NCBI GenBank assembly: GCA_963728205.1
Contig: CAVSIV010000004.1
Coordinates: forward strand, 128,001-192,000
Reading direction: 5' to 3'
DNA from: an uncultured Chloroflexia bacterium
GTDB lineage: Bacteria > Chloroflexota > Dehalococcoidia > UBA2979
DNA: 64,000 bases
A program made the translations under genes and the position numbers. Below the pieces are notes generated by a model, which was given only the letters and a program-made list of their open reading frames with translations, did no database searches and was not told the DNA's origin. Below, one piece after another: positions 30,631-41,485 of this stretch (position 1 is the stretch's first letter; every line of letters begins with the position of its first letter).

Positions 30631-30887
30631 GCAGGCCTCCCTGCCGGGGCCGTCGGCGCCTGAGGGCCGAAGATGGGCGATTCTACCCGGGGCCGCGTGA
30701 ACGCGTACATCGATGCGGATGATTGCACCCCGACCCTTCGATATACTCCGCCCCTCGCACCGAAGGGACGGGCCACGATGACGACACTGCCGATCCGGCA
30801 CGCGGGAGCCGCGCTCGAGGCGTGCTCGCGCCGTCGTCGCGGCCAGCGCACGCCCCGCGGGTGCGCCCGGGCGTAACGGCCACCCCC

Positions 30888-32111
30888 ATGGCAGAACTCG
30901 ACTGGATCGAAGACGGCGGCATCACCACGCCCGCCGGGTTCGTCGCGGGCGGCATCTACACCGGGGTGAAGCGCTACGGCGACGAGCCGCGGCTCGACCT
31001 CGGAGTGCTGGCGTGGGGCCGGCCGGCACCCGTCGCCGGCGTCTTCACGACGAACGCGGTCGTCGGCGAGTCCGTGACGTGGAATCGCGCGATCGTCGGG
31101 CCGGGACGGCCCGCCGGCGCGCTCGTCTGCAACTCCGGCAACGCGAACACCGTCACCGGCGACCAGGGCACGCGGGACTGCCGCCGCATGGCCGAGCTCA
31201 CGGCGTCGAAGCTCGGACTGCAGCCCGAGGAGGTGCTCGTCGGCTCCACCGGCGTGATCGGCCGGCTGCTCCCGATGGACCTGATCGAGGCCGGCATCCG
31301 CGGCGTGGAGCTGTCGGAGGACGGCGGCACGGCCTTCGCCCGCGCGATTATGACCACCGACACGCACCCGAAGCAGGTCGCCGCGCGCGTGAAGATCGGC
31401 GGGCAGACGTACACGATCGGCGGCTGCGCCAAGGGATCGGGGATGATCCACCCGAACATGGCGACGATGTTCGCGTTCCTCACGACGGACGCCCCGGCCG
31501 CGCCGGCCTGGCTGCAGACCACGCTGCGCGCGGTGGCCGATCGCACCTTCAACATGATCGACATCGACCAGGACACGTCGACCAGCGACACCGGCCTGCT
31601 GATCGCGAGCGGCGCCGCCGGGGGGCAGCCGTTCGACGGCGCGCATCCCCACGAGGCGGAGCTCGCCGAGGCGATCGAGGCGGTGGCGCGCCGCCTGGCG
31701 CGCGCCGTCGCGCGCGACGGCGAGGGCGCGCGGGCGCTGATCGAGGCGGTCGCGGAGGGCGCGGCGAACGTGGAGGACGCGCGGCGCGCCGCGCGCACGA
31801 TCGTGGCCTCGCCGCTGGTGAAGACGATGGTCGTCGGACGCGACCCGAACTGGGGGCGCGTGATGATGGCGGCCGGCCGCTCCGGCGCGAAGGTCGATCA
31901 GCGCCGGGCGAGCGTGTGGATCGGCGAGCACCGCGTGCTCGACGCCGGCACGCCGACGGCCGTCGATCTCGCGCTGGTGTCGAAGGCGATGGACTCCGAG
32001 GAGGTGCGCATTCGCGTCGACCTCGGCGTCGGCGGCGCGGCGACCGCGACCGCGTGGGGCTGCGACCTCACCGAGGAGTACGTGCGCATCAACGCGGACT
32101 ACACGACGTGA
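30888..32111 (+). CDS. argJ: Ornithine acetyltransferase
   Basis: NSGNAN, STGVIG, IMTTDT, KGSGMIHPNMATM, RDGEGA, INADYTT. Confidence 0.96.
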   Translation: MAELDWIEDGGITTPAGFVAGGIYTGVKRYGDEPRLDLGVLAWGRPAPVAGVFTTNAVVGESVTWNRAIVGPGRPAGALVCNSGNANTVTGDQGTRDCRRMAELTASKLGLQPEEVLVGSTGVIGRLLPMDLIEAGIRGVELSEDGGTAFARAIMTTDTHPKQVAARVKIGGQTYTIGGCAKGSGMIHPNMATMFAFLTTDAPAAPAWLQTTLRAVADRTFNMIDIDQDTSTSDTGLLIASGAAGGQPFDGAHPHEAELAEAIEAVARRLARAVARDGEGARALIEAVAEGAANVEDARRAARTIVASPLVKTMVVGRDPNWGRVMMAAGRSGAKVDQRRASVWIGEHRVLDAGTPTAVDLALVSKAMDSEEVRIRVDLGVGGAATATAWGCDLTEEYVRINADYTT

Positions 32112-32899
32112 GCGCGCAGGGCGCCGGCGCCGGCACGGTCGTGATCAAGATCGGCGGCTCCACGCTCGGCGCCGCCGACACGTCGCTGCAGGATCTCGTC
32201 GCATACCACCGCGAGGGCGGCCGCCCGATCGTCGTCCACGGCGGCGGCGCGATGATCACCGACTGGCTCACCCGCATGGCAGTGGCCTCCGAGTTCGTGG
32301 ACGGCCTGCGCTCGACGAGCGCCGAGGCGCTCGACGTCGTCGTCGGGGTGCTGCGGGGCGTCGTCAACGCGCGGCTGGTCGCCGAGATCGGCGCGCTGGG
32401 CGGGCGCGCCGTCGGCGTGTGCGGCGTCGACGGCGGGGCGGTGCGCGCAGAACGCTACGACGCGCGGCTCGGCTTCGTCGGCCGCGTGACCGGTGTCGAC
32501 GGCGCCTTCTTCACGGACCTGCTCGACGCCGGCGTGATCCCGGTGGTCGCGCCAATCGGCCTCGAGCCACCCGCGCAGCCGCTCAACATCAACGCCGACA
32601 CGGTCGCCGGCGAGGTCGCGCGCGCGGTCGGCGCAGAGCGGCTGATCTTCCTCACGGACGTCGACGGGCTGCTCGACGGCGCGGGCGCGCTGGTGCCCGC
32701 GCTCGACGCCGCGCGAGCGTCAGAATTGCGGGCCGAGGGCACGTTGAGCGGTGGTATGATTCCGAAACTCGACGCCTGCTTCCGAGCAGCGGAAGCGGGC
32801 GCTATTTCTTATGTAGCGAATGGCACGCGCCCGGGAACCACGAGCCGCATCCTCGGGGGCGAGGCGCTCGGGACCCGGATCCAGGAACGCGACAGCTAA
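32108..32899 (+). CDS. argB: Acetylglutamate kinase
   Basis: VIKIGGS, VVHGGG, NINADTVA, LTDVDG, GGMIPKL. Confidence 0.95.
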   Translation: MSAQGAGAGTVVIKIGGSTLGAADTSLQDLVAYHREGGRPIVVHGGGAMITDWLTRMAVASEFVDGLRSTSAEALDVVVGVLRGVVNARLVAEIGALGGRAVGVCGVDGGAVRAERYDARLGFVGRVTGVDGAFFTDLLDAGVIPVVAPIGLEPPAQPLNINADTVAGEVARAVGAERLIFLTDVDGLLDGAGALVPALDAARASELRAEGTLSGGMIPKLDACFRAAEAGAISYVANGTRPGTTSRILGGEALGTRIQERDS

Positions 32900-32907
32900 G
32901 GAGCCTC

Positions 32908-35769
32908 GTGGGGTTTTTTGACGACCGTGGCCGCGGCAACCTGGGCCCGCCGCCCGAGCCCTTCCGGGTAGCGGGGGGCGGCGAGGTCCGGCCGCCGCTC
33001 CCGCTGAAATGGCTGGGCATCGCCGCGGGGCTGCTCGTCGTCTTCATCGCCCTCAGCGTCGCGAAGTCGATCTACGTCGACGTCCTGTGGTTCCAATCGG
33101 TGAACTTCGCCGGCGTGTATCGCCGCGAGATCGTGGCGAAGATCGCGCTGTTCGTCGCCGGCTCCGCCATGGCCGCGATCGTGCTCGGGCTGAACATCTG
33201 GCTCGCGCGCCGCCTGGCACCGCGGGGCTACGAGGAGTCGTTCATCGAGGAGATCGACCCGGAGGGCATCCGGCGCATCGTCTCCGTGCTGCTGATCGCG
33301 GGGACGCTCTTCTTCGCGGTGATCTTCGGCTCGGTGCTGGGCGGCGCGTGGGACACGGCGCTCTCCTGGCTGAACGGCGTGCAGTTCGGCGTGGCCGATC
33401 CGCAGTTCCACCGCGACGCCGCCTTCTATCTGTTCGACCTGCCGGCGTACCAGTTCGCCGTGGGCTGGGTGCTCGCGCTCCTCGTCGTGTCGACGCTCGG
33501 CGCCGGCGCCGTCTACGCGCTGACGTTCTCCCTGCAGCGCTTCGAGCTCAACATCACCCGCGGCATGCGCGTGCACCTGTCGCTGCTGTTCGGGTTGATC
33601 TTCATCGTGATCGCCGTCAGCACGTGGCTCAGCATCTACAACCTCGTGGCGTCGGCCGGCGGCCTCGTCTACGGCGCGACGTATGCCGACATCCACGCGC
33701 GACTTCCCGTCCGCTACGTGCTCGTCGCGCTCGCGCTGTTCGCGGGCCTCGGCACGATCGTGAACGCCTTCCTCTCACGCGACTCGTATCGCATCCCGCT
33801 GTTCGCGCTCGGAATCTGGGCGTTCGTCGGCATCGTCGGCGGGCTGATGCTGCCGGCCGCCGTGCAGTCGGTGCAGGTGGCGCCGAACGAGCGGCAGAAG
33901 GAGCAGCCGTACATCGCGCGAAACATCAACGCGACCCGCTACGCATGGGGCCTCGACAAGATCGACGACACCCCGTACCCGGCGAACCCGCGCGTGACCG
34001 ACGCAGAGCTGGCGGCGAACCCACAGACCCTCGACAACGTGCGGCTGCTCGACCCGCGCCCACTGCTCGACACGTTCAATCAGATCCAGTCGATTCGCCC
34101 GTTCTACTCGTTCGTGGACGTCGACGTGGATCGCTACACCCTGCAAGGCAAGCTGACCGAGGTGATGATCTCGGGCCGCGAGCTCGACGCGAGCCGGGCG
34201 CAGTCGCCGAACTGGACACAGACGAGACTGCAGCTGACGCACGGCTTCGGCGCGGTGGTGTCGCCGGTGAGCAAGGTCGGCCAGGAGGGCCTCCCGGATC
34301 TGATGACGTCGGACATCCCGCCGAGGAGCGACCTGCTGCCGATCTCCCTCGACGGCTCGCGGATCTACTACGGCGAGCTCACGAACAACTACGTGATCGT
34401 CCACTCCGACGAGCCCGAGTTCGACTACCCGAGCGGCGAGGGCAATGCCTCCACGACGTACCAACCGGATCGCGGCATCCGGCTCTCATCGCCGCTGCAG
34501 CGCTTCGCGCTCGCCTGGCAGCTCGGGGACCCGAACATCCTGATCTCCAGCCGCCTCACGTCCGACTCGCGGCTCCTGATGCACCGGCGCGTCACCGACC
34601 GCATCGCGAAGGTCGCCCCGTTCCTGCAGCTCGATTCGAATCCGTACCTGATCATCGACGGTGGCCGGTTGAAGTGGATTGAGACCGCGTACACGACGGC
34701 CACGAACTTCCCGTATGCGCAGCCACTCGGCGGCATCAACTACATGCGCGACAGCGTGAAGGTCGTCGTTGACGCGATCACCGGCGACATGGACTTCTAC
34801 CTGATGGACGGGAACGACCCCGTGGCCGCGACCTGGTCGCGCATCTTCCCGGGGCTGTTCAAGCCCGAGTCGCAGATGCCGGAGTCGATCAAGGCGCACC
34901 TCGAGTACCCGCTCGACCTGTTCAATGCACAGGCGCAGCAGTACCTGCGGTATCACATCACCGATCCGAACGTGTTCTTCATCGGCGAGGACTTCTGGTC
35001 CGTCCCGCAGGAGCAGTTCGGTTCGCAGCAGCAGCCGGTGCAGCCGTACTACCAGATGATGCGTCTCCCGGGCGAGAACAAGACCGAGTTCGTGCTCGTC
35101 ATGCCGTTCACCCCGCGCAACAAGCAGAACACCGTCGCCTGGCTGGCCGCGCGTTCCGATGGCACCCAGTACGGGACGTTGAAGGCGTTCCGCTTCCCCA
35201 CCGGCGACCTCGTGTACGGGCCGGCGCAGATCGAGGCGCGCATCGACCAGAACCCCGGCATCTCGCAGCAGATGACGCTGTGGAACCAGTCGGGGTCGTC
35301 GGTGATCCGCGGCAACCTGCTGATGATCCCGATCGGCGGCTCGTTCATCTTCGTCGAGCCGATCTACCTGCAGGCGCAGAACTCGAAGCTGCCGGAACTG
35401 GCGCGCGTCGTGGTCGCCAACGGCAACGACATCGCGATGGAGCCGACGCTGCAGGCCGCGCTCGACGTGGTGGAGGGCAAGCGCACGTCGTCGCTGCCCG
35501 GCGCGACGCCGAGCAGCCAGGCGCCGTCCGGCGGATCGCCGGCCGCGACGCCGACGCCGACGCCGGCGACGAGCGCGACCGCCACGGCGACGGCGACCGC
35601 GATCCCGGGCGTGCCGGGGAGCCTGCAGGACTTGCTGAAGCAAGCGCAGGACGCGTACGACAGCACCCAGCGCGACCTCGAGCGTCTTCGGCAGCTGCTG
35701 AACCAGCTTCAGCAGCTGCAGGCACCGCCGTCGGCCACCGCGACGGCGACCGCGACGCCCAGCCAGTAA
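32908..35769 (+). CDS. UPF0182 family membrane protein
   Basis: DVLWFQS, DPQFHRD, PNERQKEQPYI, THGFG, NYMRDSVKVVVDA, VIRGNLLMIP. Confidence 0.92.
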   Translation: MGFFDDRGRGNLGPPPEPFRVAGGGEVRPPLPLKWLGIAAGLLVVFIALSVAKSIYVDVLWFQSVNFAGVYRREIVAKIALFVAGSAMAAIVLGLNIWLARRLAPRGYEESFIEEIDPEGIRRIVSVLLIAGTLFFAVIFGSVLGGAWDTALSWLNGVQFGVADPQFHRDAAFYLFDLPAYQFAVGWVLALLVVSTLGAGAVYALTFSLQRFELNITRGMRVHLSLLFGLIFIVIAVSTWLSIYNLVASAGGLVYGATYADIHARLPVRYVLVALALFAGLGTIVNAFLSRDSYRIPLFALGIWAFVGIVGGLMLPAAVQSVQVAPNERQKEQPYIARNINATRYAWGLDKIDDTPYPANPRVTDAELAANPQTLDNVRLLDPRPLLDTFNQIQSIRPFYSFVDVDVDRYTLQGKLTEVMISGRELDASRAQSPNWTQTRLQLTHGFGAVVSPVSKVGQEGLPDLMTSDIPPRSDLLPISLDGSRIYYGELTNNYVIVHSDEPEFDYPSGEGNASTTYQPDRGIRLSSPLQRFALAWQLGDPNILISSRLTSDSRLLMHRRVTDRIAKVAPFLQLDSNPYLIIDGGRLKWIETAYTTATNFPYAQPLGGINYMRDSVKVVVDAITGDMDFYLMDGNDPVAATWSRIFPGLFKPESQMPESIKAHLEYPLDLFNAQAQQYLRYHITDPNVFFIGEDFWSVPQEQFGSQQQPVQPYYQMMRLPGENKTEFVLVMPFTPRNKQNTVAWLAARSDGTQYGTLKAFRFPTGDLVYGPAQIEARIDQNPGISQQMTLWNQSGSSVIRGNLLMIPIGGSFIFVEPIYLQAQNSKLPELARVVVANGNDIAMEPTLQAALDVVEGKRTSSLPGATPSSQAPSGGSPAATPTPTPATSATATATATAIPGVPGSLQDLLKQAQDAYDSTQRDLERLRQLLNQLQQLQAPPSATATATATPSQ

Positions 35770-35813
35770 GCGCGACGCGTCCCCGACGCGCGCGAGTCCC
35801 GAGGAGCCCGTCC

Positions 35814-37043
35814 GTGACCGACGCCACCACCGACACCGCGAGCGCGCAGAGCCCGCGCGACATCCAGGCGCTCGAAGCCGGCCTCTACATGCAGACTGGC
35901 CGGCGCGTACCGCTGACGCTCGTGCGCGGCGAGGGCACGCGCGTCTTCGACGACCAGGGGCGCGCCTACCTCGACTTCGTCGCCGGCATCGCGACGAACT
36001 CGCTCGGCCACGCGCACCCCGGCCTCGCCGAGGTGATCGCGCGCCAGGCGCGCACGCTGATCCACGTCTCCAACATCTACTACAGCGAGCCGCAGATCGA
36101 GCTCGCCGAGTTGCTGATCGGGCACTCCGCGTTCGACCGCGTCTTCTTCTCGAACTCCGGCGCGGAGGCGAACGAGGCCGCGATCAAGATCGCGCGCAAG
36201 TGGGGCCGCATCCATCGCGACGGCGCCTTCGAGGTGATCGCGATGAACAACGGCTTCCACGGCCGCACCATGACGACGGTCTCCGCGACCGGCACCCCGC
36301 GCTACCGCGAGCCGTTCGCGCCGACGACGCCGGGCTTCGTGTTCGTCCCGTTCGATGACGTCCCCGCCGTGCGCGCCGCCACGACGGCGCGCACGGCGGC
36401 GGTGATGGTCGAACCGGTGCAGGGCGAGGGCGGCGTGAACGTCCCCTCGCCGGATTACCTGCGCGGCCTGCGCGCGTGGTGCGACGAGCAGGGGCTGCTC
36501 CTCATCTTCGACGAGATCCAGACCGGCTCCGGTCGCACCGGCTCGCTGTGGGCGTACGAGCAGGCGGGCGTGGAGCCCGACGTGATGACGCTCGCGAAGG
36601 GCATCGCCGGCGGCGTGCCGCTCGGCGCGACGCTGGCGAAGGAGCACGCCTCGGTCTTCGAGCCGGGCGACCACGGCTCAACGTTCGGCGGCAACCCGCT
36701 GGCGACCGCGGCCGGCGCGTACGTGATGCGGCAGCTCATCGAGGGCGACGTCCTGCCGAACGTGCGGGCGCGCGGCGAGCAGCTGGCGCGGCGGCTCGCG
36801 AGCCTCGAGGACCGCTCGCCGCTCGTTGCCGGTGAGCGCGGCGCGGGCCTGCTGCGCGCCCTCGAGCTGACGCAGGACCTCGCGGGCGAGGTCGTCGCGC
36901 GCTCGATGGCGCGCGGTCTGCTGCTCAACCCGGTGCGCCCCAACGTCGTGCGCTTCATGCCGCCGCTCACCGTGAGCGCCGCGGATGTCGACGACGCCGC
37001 CGACATCGTGGAGAGCGTGATCGACGAGCTCGGCGCGGGCTGA
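35814..37043 (+). CDS. argD: Acetylornithine aminotransferase
   Basis: YLDFVAGIA, NSGAEANE, FHGRT, EPVQGEGG, DEIQTG, HGSTFGGNP. Confidence 0.93.
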   Translation: MTDATTDTASAQSPRDIQALEAGLYMQTGRRVPLTLVRGEGTRVFDDQGRAYLDFVAGIATNSLGHAHPGLAEVIARQARTLIHVSNIYYSEPQIELAELLIGHSAFDRVFFSNSGAEANEAAIKIARKWGRIHRDGAFEVIAMNNGFHGRTMTTVSATGTPRYREPFAPTTPGFVFVPFDDVPAVRAATTARTAAVMVEPVQGEGGVNVPSPDYLRGLRAWCDEQGLLLIFDEIQTGSGRTGSLWAYEQAGVEPDVMTLAKGIAGGVPLGATLAKEHASVFEPGDHGSTFGGNPLATAAGAYVMRQLIEGDVLPNVRARGEQLARRLASLEDRSPLVAGERGAGLLRALELTQDLAGEVVARSMARGLLLNPVRPNVVRFMPPLTVSAADVDDAADIVESVIDELGAG

Positions 37044-37095
37044 GCGCCGGCGACCCGCCGCCCGGCGCGGCGCCGGGCGGCATGGCGGAGGTCGT

Positions 37096-39753
37096 GTGAG
37101 CCGACGGCTGTCGCTCCCGCTCGGCGCCCAGATCGCGGGTGCGATCCTGCTGACCCTGCTGGTCGCCGCCGTCGTGGTCGGCGTGCAGGTGCGAACGGTC
37201 GCGATGAGCAACACGCTCGCGACGTACGCCGGTCGCGTCCAGCGCGGCGCCATGCTCGTGCAGTTCCGCCTCGACTCGCTGCGCACGCTGTCGCAGTCCG
37301 GCGCGGTGGTGCTCGCGCAGGAGGATGCGTTTGCCGGCGCTTGGGCGTCGGGCAACGTGAAGGGCGCGCTCGCCGCCGCCGGCGCCGTGGGTGCGAGCGT
37401 CGCGTCGAGCCTGCAGGGGCAGGGCCAGACGGCGCTCGCGCTGTACGACCCCACGGGCGCGCTCGTGTACGACACCGCGCGCCCCGCGGGAGCCGCGGGC
37501 ACCGCGGGCGCCGCGGCGCCGGCCGAGGTCATCGCGGCGCTGCACGACAACGCCGCCTCCCCGGGCATGCGGATGGACCCGATCCTCGGCCTCTCGGCGT
37601 ACGGCGTGGCGATCGTGCGCTCCGGCAACCGCGTGATCGGCGCCGTCGAGCTCTCGAACGCCGTCGACGACGCATTCGCGGCCGACACGGCGCAGCTCAC
37701 CGGGACCCTCGTCGCGTTCTACGACGACGACCGCACGTTCGCGGTCAGCGCGGCCGGCATCGTTGTCGACGCCGCGGCCATCACCCCCGCGCGGGAAACG
37801 GCGCTGGAGGCGAAGCCGGACTACGTGCGGATCGGCAGCCAGGACTACCTGACGTCGCTGCTGCCCGTGCGCGGCCGCGACGGCCACGAGATCGCGTACG
37901 CCTACGTCGGCGTGCCGCGCAGCACCGTGGTCGGCGCGATCGCGGACACGCGCTCGCGAGTCATCGGGGGCGTCGCGATCGCGCTCGTGCTCGGGCTCGC
38001 CCTCGCCGCCGCCTCCACGGCGATCACGGTGCGGCCGCTGCGCCGCCTGGTGGAGGCGGCGGAGCAGATCCAGGCGAACGACCTCGAGACGCCGGTGGAG
38101 GCCAGCGGCCCGCGCGAGGCCCGGCTCCTCGCCGGGGCGCTCGAGTCGATGCGCCTGGCGATCCGCCAGAGCCGCGAGTCGCTGCTGATGACGAACCGTC
38201 GACTCGCCGAGCAGGTCGACGCGTCGACGGCCAACCTCACGGAGGTGACGCAGGAGCTCGCGGTGATGCACGCGGTGCTCGCGCAGCTCGGCGGCCACGC
38301 GTCCGGCGGGCTCGCGGCGGCGGCCGAGGAGCTCCTGCGCCTGCCGTGGGCCGACGGCGCGCTGATCGCGCTGGCGTCCAAGGAGGCCGAGCTCGTCTCG
38401 GCAGCCACCGCGGAGCTGGACCCGGCGACCGGCAACGACCTGCTCGCGATCATCCGCGCCGACCTGCCGCAGCAGCGCGCCGCCGAGGGGCTCGTCGTCC
38501 CCCGGACCGCCGAGATCTACCCCGCGCTGGCCGCGCGGGGCGTGGTCGGCTTCGCGGCGATGCCGATGCTCACGCCGGAGGGCATCGCCGGCGTGGTCGC
38601 GGTGACGTCGCGCCGCGAGCTCGCGCTGGACGCGCCACGGCGGCGACTGCTGGAGTCGATCACGCACGAGGTCGCGTCGGCGCTCGAGATCAGCGAGCTG
38701 GCGGACGAGGTCGAGGAGAACCGCCGCATCGCGGAGGCCGTGCTGCGCGAGATGTCGGACGGCGTCGTGCTGCTGGACTCGCGCGCCGTCTGTCGCGCGT
38801 GCAACCCGTCCGCGGCGCACCTGCTCGGGCGCCCCCGCGAGCAGATTGTGGGACGCGACGCCGCGGCGTTCCTCCCGCTCGGCCCGAACACGATCGCCGA
38901 CCTGCGCCGCCTCTCCGCCACGCAGTCCCGGTCGGCGCCGACGCTGGCCGAGCTCGACGGCCGACGCCTCGCAATCACGTTCGGCCCGTTCACCGACATC
39001 GACCCGGCGCGGTCCGGCACCATCGTGCTGCTGCGCGACCTCTCGGCCGAGGCGGAGGCGGAGCGCGTGAAACAGGACTTCGTCTCGATGGTGGGGCACG
39101 AGCTGCGCACGCCGCTCACGCTGATCCGCACGAGCGTCGACCTGCTGCGCGAGGAGGACGCGGGCGACCTGAACCCGACGCAGGAGCGCATCGTCGGCGT
39201 GCTGCAGGGCAACTCCGACCGGCTGATGTCGCTGATCAACGACCTGCTCGACATGTCGGCGCTCGACTCCGGGCGCATGCACATCGCGCCGGAGGCGGTC
39301 GACCTGCGCGGCGTCGTCGAAGAGTCGGTGGAGGACGTCCGCGCGACGGCGCAGGCGAAGCGCATCGCGCTCGAAGCAGACATCCCACCGGTCGCAGTGA
39401 CGGCGTGGGCGGACCGGTCGCGCGTCGGCCAGGTGCTATCGAACCTGCTCACGAACGCGGTGAAGTACACGCCGGACGGCGGCCGCGTCGCCGTGCGGCT
39501 GCGGGAGGAGCGCGACGCGGTGCGCGTGGAGGTGCGCGACTCCGGCATCGGCATCCCGCCGGAGGAGCAGCCGCAGCTCTTCGAGAAGTTCTTCCGCACG
39601 ACGGCGGGGCGGCGGACGACCGGCGGCACGGGTCTGGGGCTCGCGATCGCGCGGTCGATCGTGGAGCTGCACGGCGGCGAGATCCGGGTGGAGAGCGACG
39701 GCCGCACGGGGAGCACGTTCACGTTCACGCTGCCGCGGCGGGGCCCGGCGTGA
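37096..39753 (+). CDS. Membrane sensor histidine kinase (extracellular, HAMP, GAF-like, PAS, HisKA, HATPase)
   Basis: GHELRTPL, NLLTNAVKYT, DSGIGI, GGTGLGL; two TM segments. Confidence 0.92.
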   Translation: MSRRLSLPLGAQIAGAILLTLLVAAVVVGVQVRTVAMSNTLATYAGRVQRGAMLVQFRLDSLRTLSQSGAVVLAQEDAFAGAWASGNVKGALAAAGAVGASVASSLQGQGQTALALYDPTGALVYDTARPAGAAGTAGAAAPAEVIAALHDNAASPGMRMDPILGLSAYGVAIVRSGNRVIGAVELSNAVDDAFAADTAQLTGTLVAFYDDDRTFAVSAAGIVVDAAAITPARETALEAKPDYVRIGSQDYLTSLLPVRGRDGHEIAYAYVGVPRSTVVGAIADTRSRVIGGVAIALVLGLALAAASTAITVRPLRRLVEAAEQIQANDLETPVEASGPREARLLAGALESMRLAIRQSRESLLMTNRRLAEQVDASTANLTEVTQELAVMHAVLAQLGGHASGGLAAAAEELLRLPWADGALIALASKEAELVSAATAELDPATGNDLLAIIRADLPQQRAAEGLVVPRTAEIYPALAARGVVGFAAMPMLTPEGIAGVVAVTSRRELALDAPRRRLLESITHEVASALEISELADEVEENRRIAEAVLREMSDGVVLLDSRAVCRACNPSAAHLLGRPREQIVGRDAAAFLPLGPNTIADLRRLSATQSRSAPTLAELDGRRLAITFGPFTDIDPARSGTIVLLRDLSAEAEAERVKQDFVSMVGHELRTPLTLIRTSVDLLREEDAGDLNPTQERIVGVLQGNSDRLMSLINDLLDMSALDSGRMHIAPEAVDLRGVVEESVEDVRATAQAKRIALEADIPPVAVTAWADRSRVGQVLSNLLTNAVKYTPDGGRVAVRLREERDAVRVEVRDSGIGIPPEEQPQLFEKFFRTTAGRRTTGGTGLGLAIARSIVELHGGEIRVESDGRTGSTFTFTLPRRGPA

Positions 39754-40199
39754 TGGTCGAGATCCGCGCGCTCGGGCCGGGTGACGACGCGGCGGTGGTC
39801 GCCGCGGCGAACGTGTTCGACGACGCACCGCTCCCCGACGCGACGGCCCGGTTCCTCTCGGAGCCGGGCCACCACCTGCTCGTGGCGTACGACGGCGGCG
39901 AGCCCGCCGGCTTCGTGAGCGGCGTCGAGCTCACGCACCCCGACAAGGGCACCGAGATGTTCCTCTACGAGCTGGGCGTCGACGAGCGCTTCCGCCGGCG
40001 CGGCATTGGGCGCGCGCTGGTGGCGGCGCTGCGCGACCTCGCGATCGCGCGCGGCTGCTACGGCATGTTCGTGCTGACCGACGAGGACAACGCGGCCGCG
40101 CGGGCCACGTACGGCGCCGCCGCCGCCGCGCGCCCCGAGCCGCAGTTGATGCTGAGCTGGGAGTTCCCCCTGCTCGCCGGTGACCGGGGCGCCCCATAA
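39753..40199 (+). CDS. GNAT acetyltransferase
   Basis: EMFLYELGVDERFRRRGIG, NAAARATY; 1-nt overlap with the kinase stop. Confidence 0.85.
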   Translation: MVEIRALGPGDDAAVVAAANVFDDAPLPDATARFLSEPGHHLLVAYDGGEPAGFVSGVELTHPDKGTEMFLYELGVDERFRRRGIGRALVAALRDLAIARGCYGMFVLTDEDNAAARATYGAAAAARPEPQLMLSWEFPLLAGDRGAP

Positions 40200-40237
40200 G
40201 ATCGCCGTTCACGCGTCCCTGGAATCGGAGTCTCTCC

Positions 40238-41473
40238 ATGGCCGACAAGATCGTGCTCGCCTACTCCGGCGGCCTCGACACCTCCGTCGCCTGCAAGTGG
40301 CTGCAGGAGGAGAAGGGCTACGAGGTCCACTGCCTGACGGTGGACCTCGGCAACCTGCCGGACGTCGACGGCGCGCGTCAACGCGGGCTCTCCGCGGGCG
40401 CGAAAGAGGTCGATGTCGTCGATGCGAAGGAAGACTTCCTTCGCTACTTCGTCTTCCCGGCACTCGGCGCGAACGTCGTCTACGAGGGGCGCTACCCGCT
40501 GGCGACCGCGCTCGGCCGGCCGCTGATCGCGAAGCTGCTCGTCGACAAGGCGCGCGCCGTCGGCGCGGTGGCCGTCGCGCACGGCTGCACCGGCAAGGGC
40601 AACGACCAGGTGCGGCTCGACGTCGGCGTCTCTACGCTCGCGCCCGACCTCACGATCGTGGGCACGCAGCGCGAGAACCAGATGTCGCGCGACGAGGCGC
40701 TGCGCTATGCGGCGAAGCACGACATCGCGGTGCGCCAGACGGCGGCGTCGCCCTACTCCACCGACGAGAACCTGTGGGGACGGTCGGTCGAGGCCGGCGT
40801 GCTCGAGGACCCGTGGAAGCAGCCGCCCGAGGACGTCTACGCCTGGACGCGGCCGCTCGACCAGACGCCGGCGCAGCCGGCCGTCGTCGAGATCCGCTTC
40901 GAGCAGGGCGTGCCGGTCGCGCTCGACGGCGAGCGGCTCGACCCGGTGGCGCTGGTCACGCGGCTGTCGACGCTCGGCGGCGAGCACGGGATCGGCCGCA
41001 TCGACATGGTCGAGAACCGCCTGGTCGGCATCAAGTCGCGCGAGATCTACGAGGCGCCCGCGGCCGTGATCCTGCTCGACGCGCACCGCGCGCTCGAGGA
41101 GCTGACGCTGTCGAAGCCGCAGATGCGCTGGAAGAGCCTGGTCGCGCAGGAGTACGCGGACCTCGTCTACAACGGGCTGTGGTTCACGTCGCATCACCGC
41201 GATCTGTCGGAGTACGTGGCGTCGACGCAGCGGCACGTGACGGGCGACGTGCGCGTGCGACTGTGGCACGGCACGGTGATGACGATGGGCCGGCGCGCGG
41301 AGCAGAGCCTCTACAGCGAGGAGCTCGCGACCTACAGCGACGCCGACCAGTTCGACCAGACGCACGCGCAGGGCTTCATCAAGCTGCACGGCCTGCAGGC
41401 GCAGGTGCAGGCGCACCGCCAGCTGCTGCAGGAGCACACGGACCTGATGCGGCTCGCATCTCCCGAGGAATAA
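40238..41473 (+). CDS. argG: Argininosuccinate synthase
   Basis: LAYSGGLDTS, HGCTGKGNDQVR, ENRLVGIKSREIYE. Confidence 0.97.
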   Translation: MADKIVLAYSGGLDTSVACKWLQEEKGYEVHCLTVDLGNLPDVDGARQRGLSAGAKEVDVVDAKEDFLRYFVFPALGANVVYEGRYPLATALGRPLIAKLLVDKARAVGAVAVAHGCTGKGNDQVRLDVGVSTLAPDLTIVGTQRENQMSRDEALRYAAKHDIAVRQTAASPYSTDENLWGRSVEAGVLEDPWKQPPEDVYAWTRPLDQTPAQPAVVEIRFEQGVPVALDGERLDPVALVTRLSTLGGEHGIGRIDMVENRLVGIKSREIYEAPAAVILLDAHRALEELTLSKPQMRWKSLVAQEYADLVYNGLWFTSHHRDLSEYVASTQRHVTGDVRVRLWHGTVMTMGRRAEQSLYSEELATYSDADQFDQTHAQGFIKLHGLQAQVQAHRQLLQEHTDLMRLASPEE

Positions 41474-41485
41474 CAGGGCAGTGTG

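Noticed and set aside
30700-30730. ARG box upstream of argJ
   Set aside because: TGCGGATGATTGCA is only a weak single match, and the TTGCAC to TATACT spacing (13 nt) does not fit a promoter.
35500-35765. ACGCCG/GCGACG short tandem repeats
   Set aside because: They encode Pro/Thr/Ala linkers of the UPF0182 protein.
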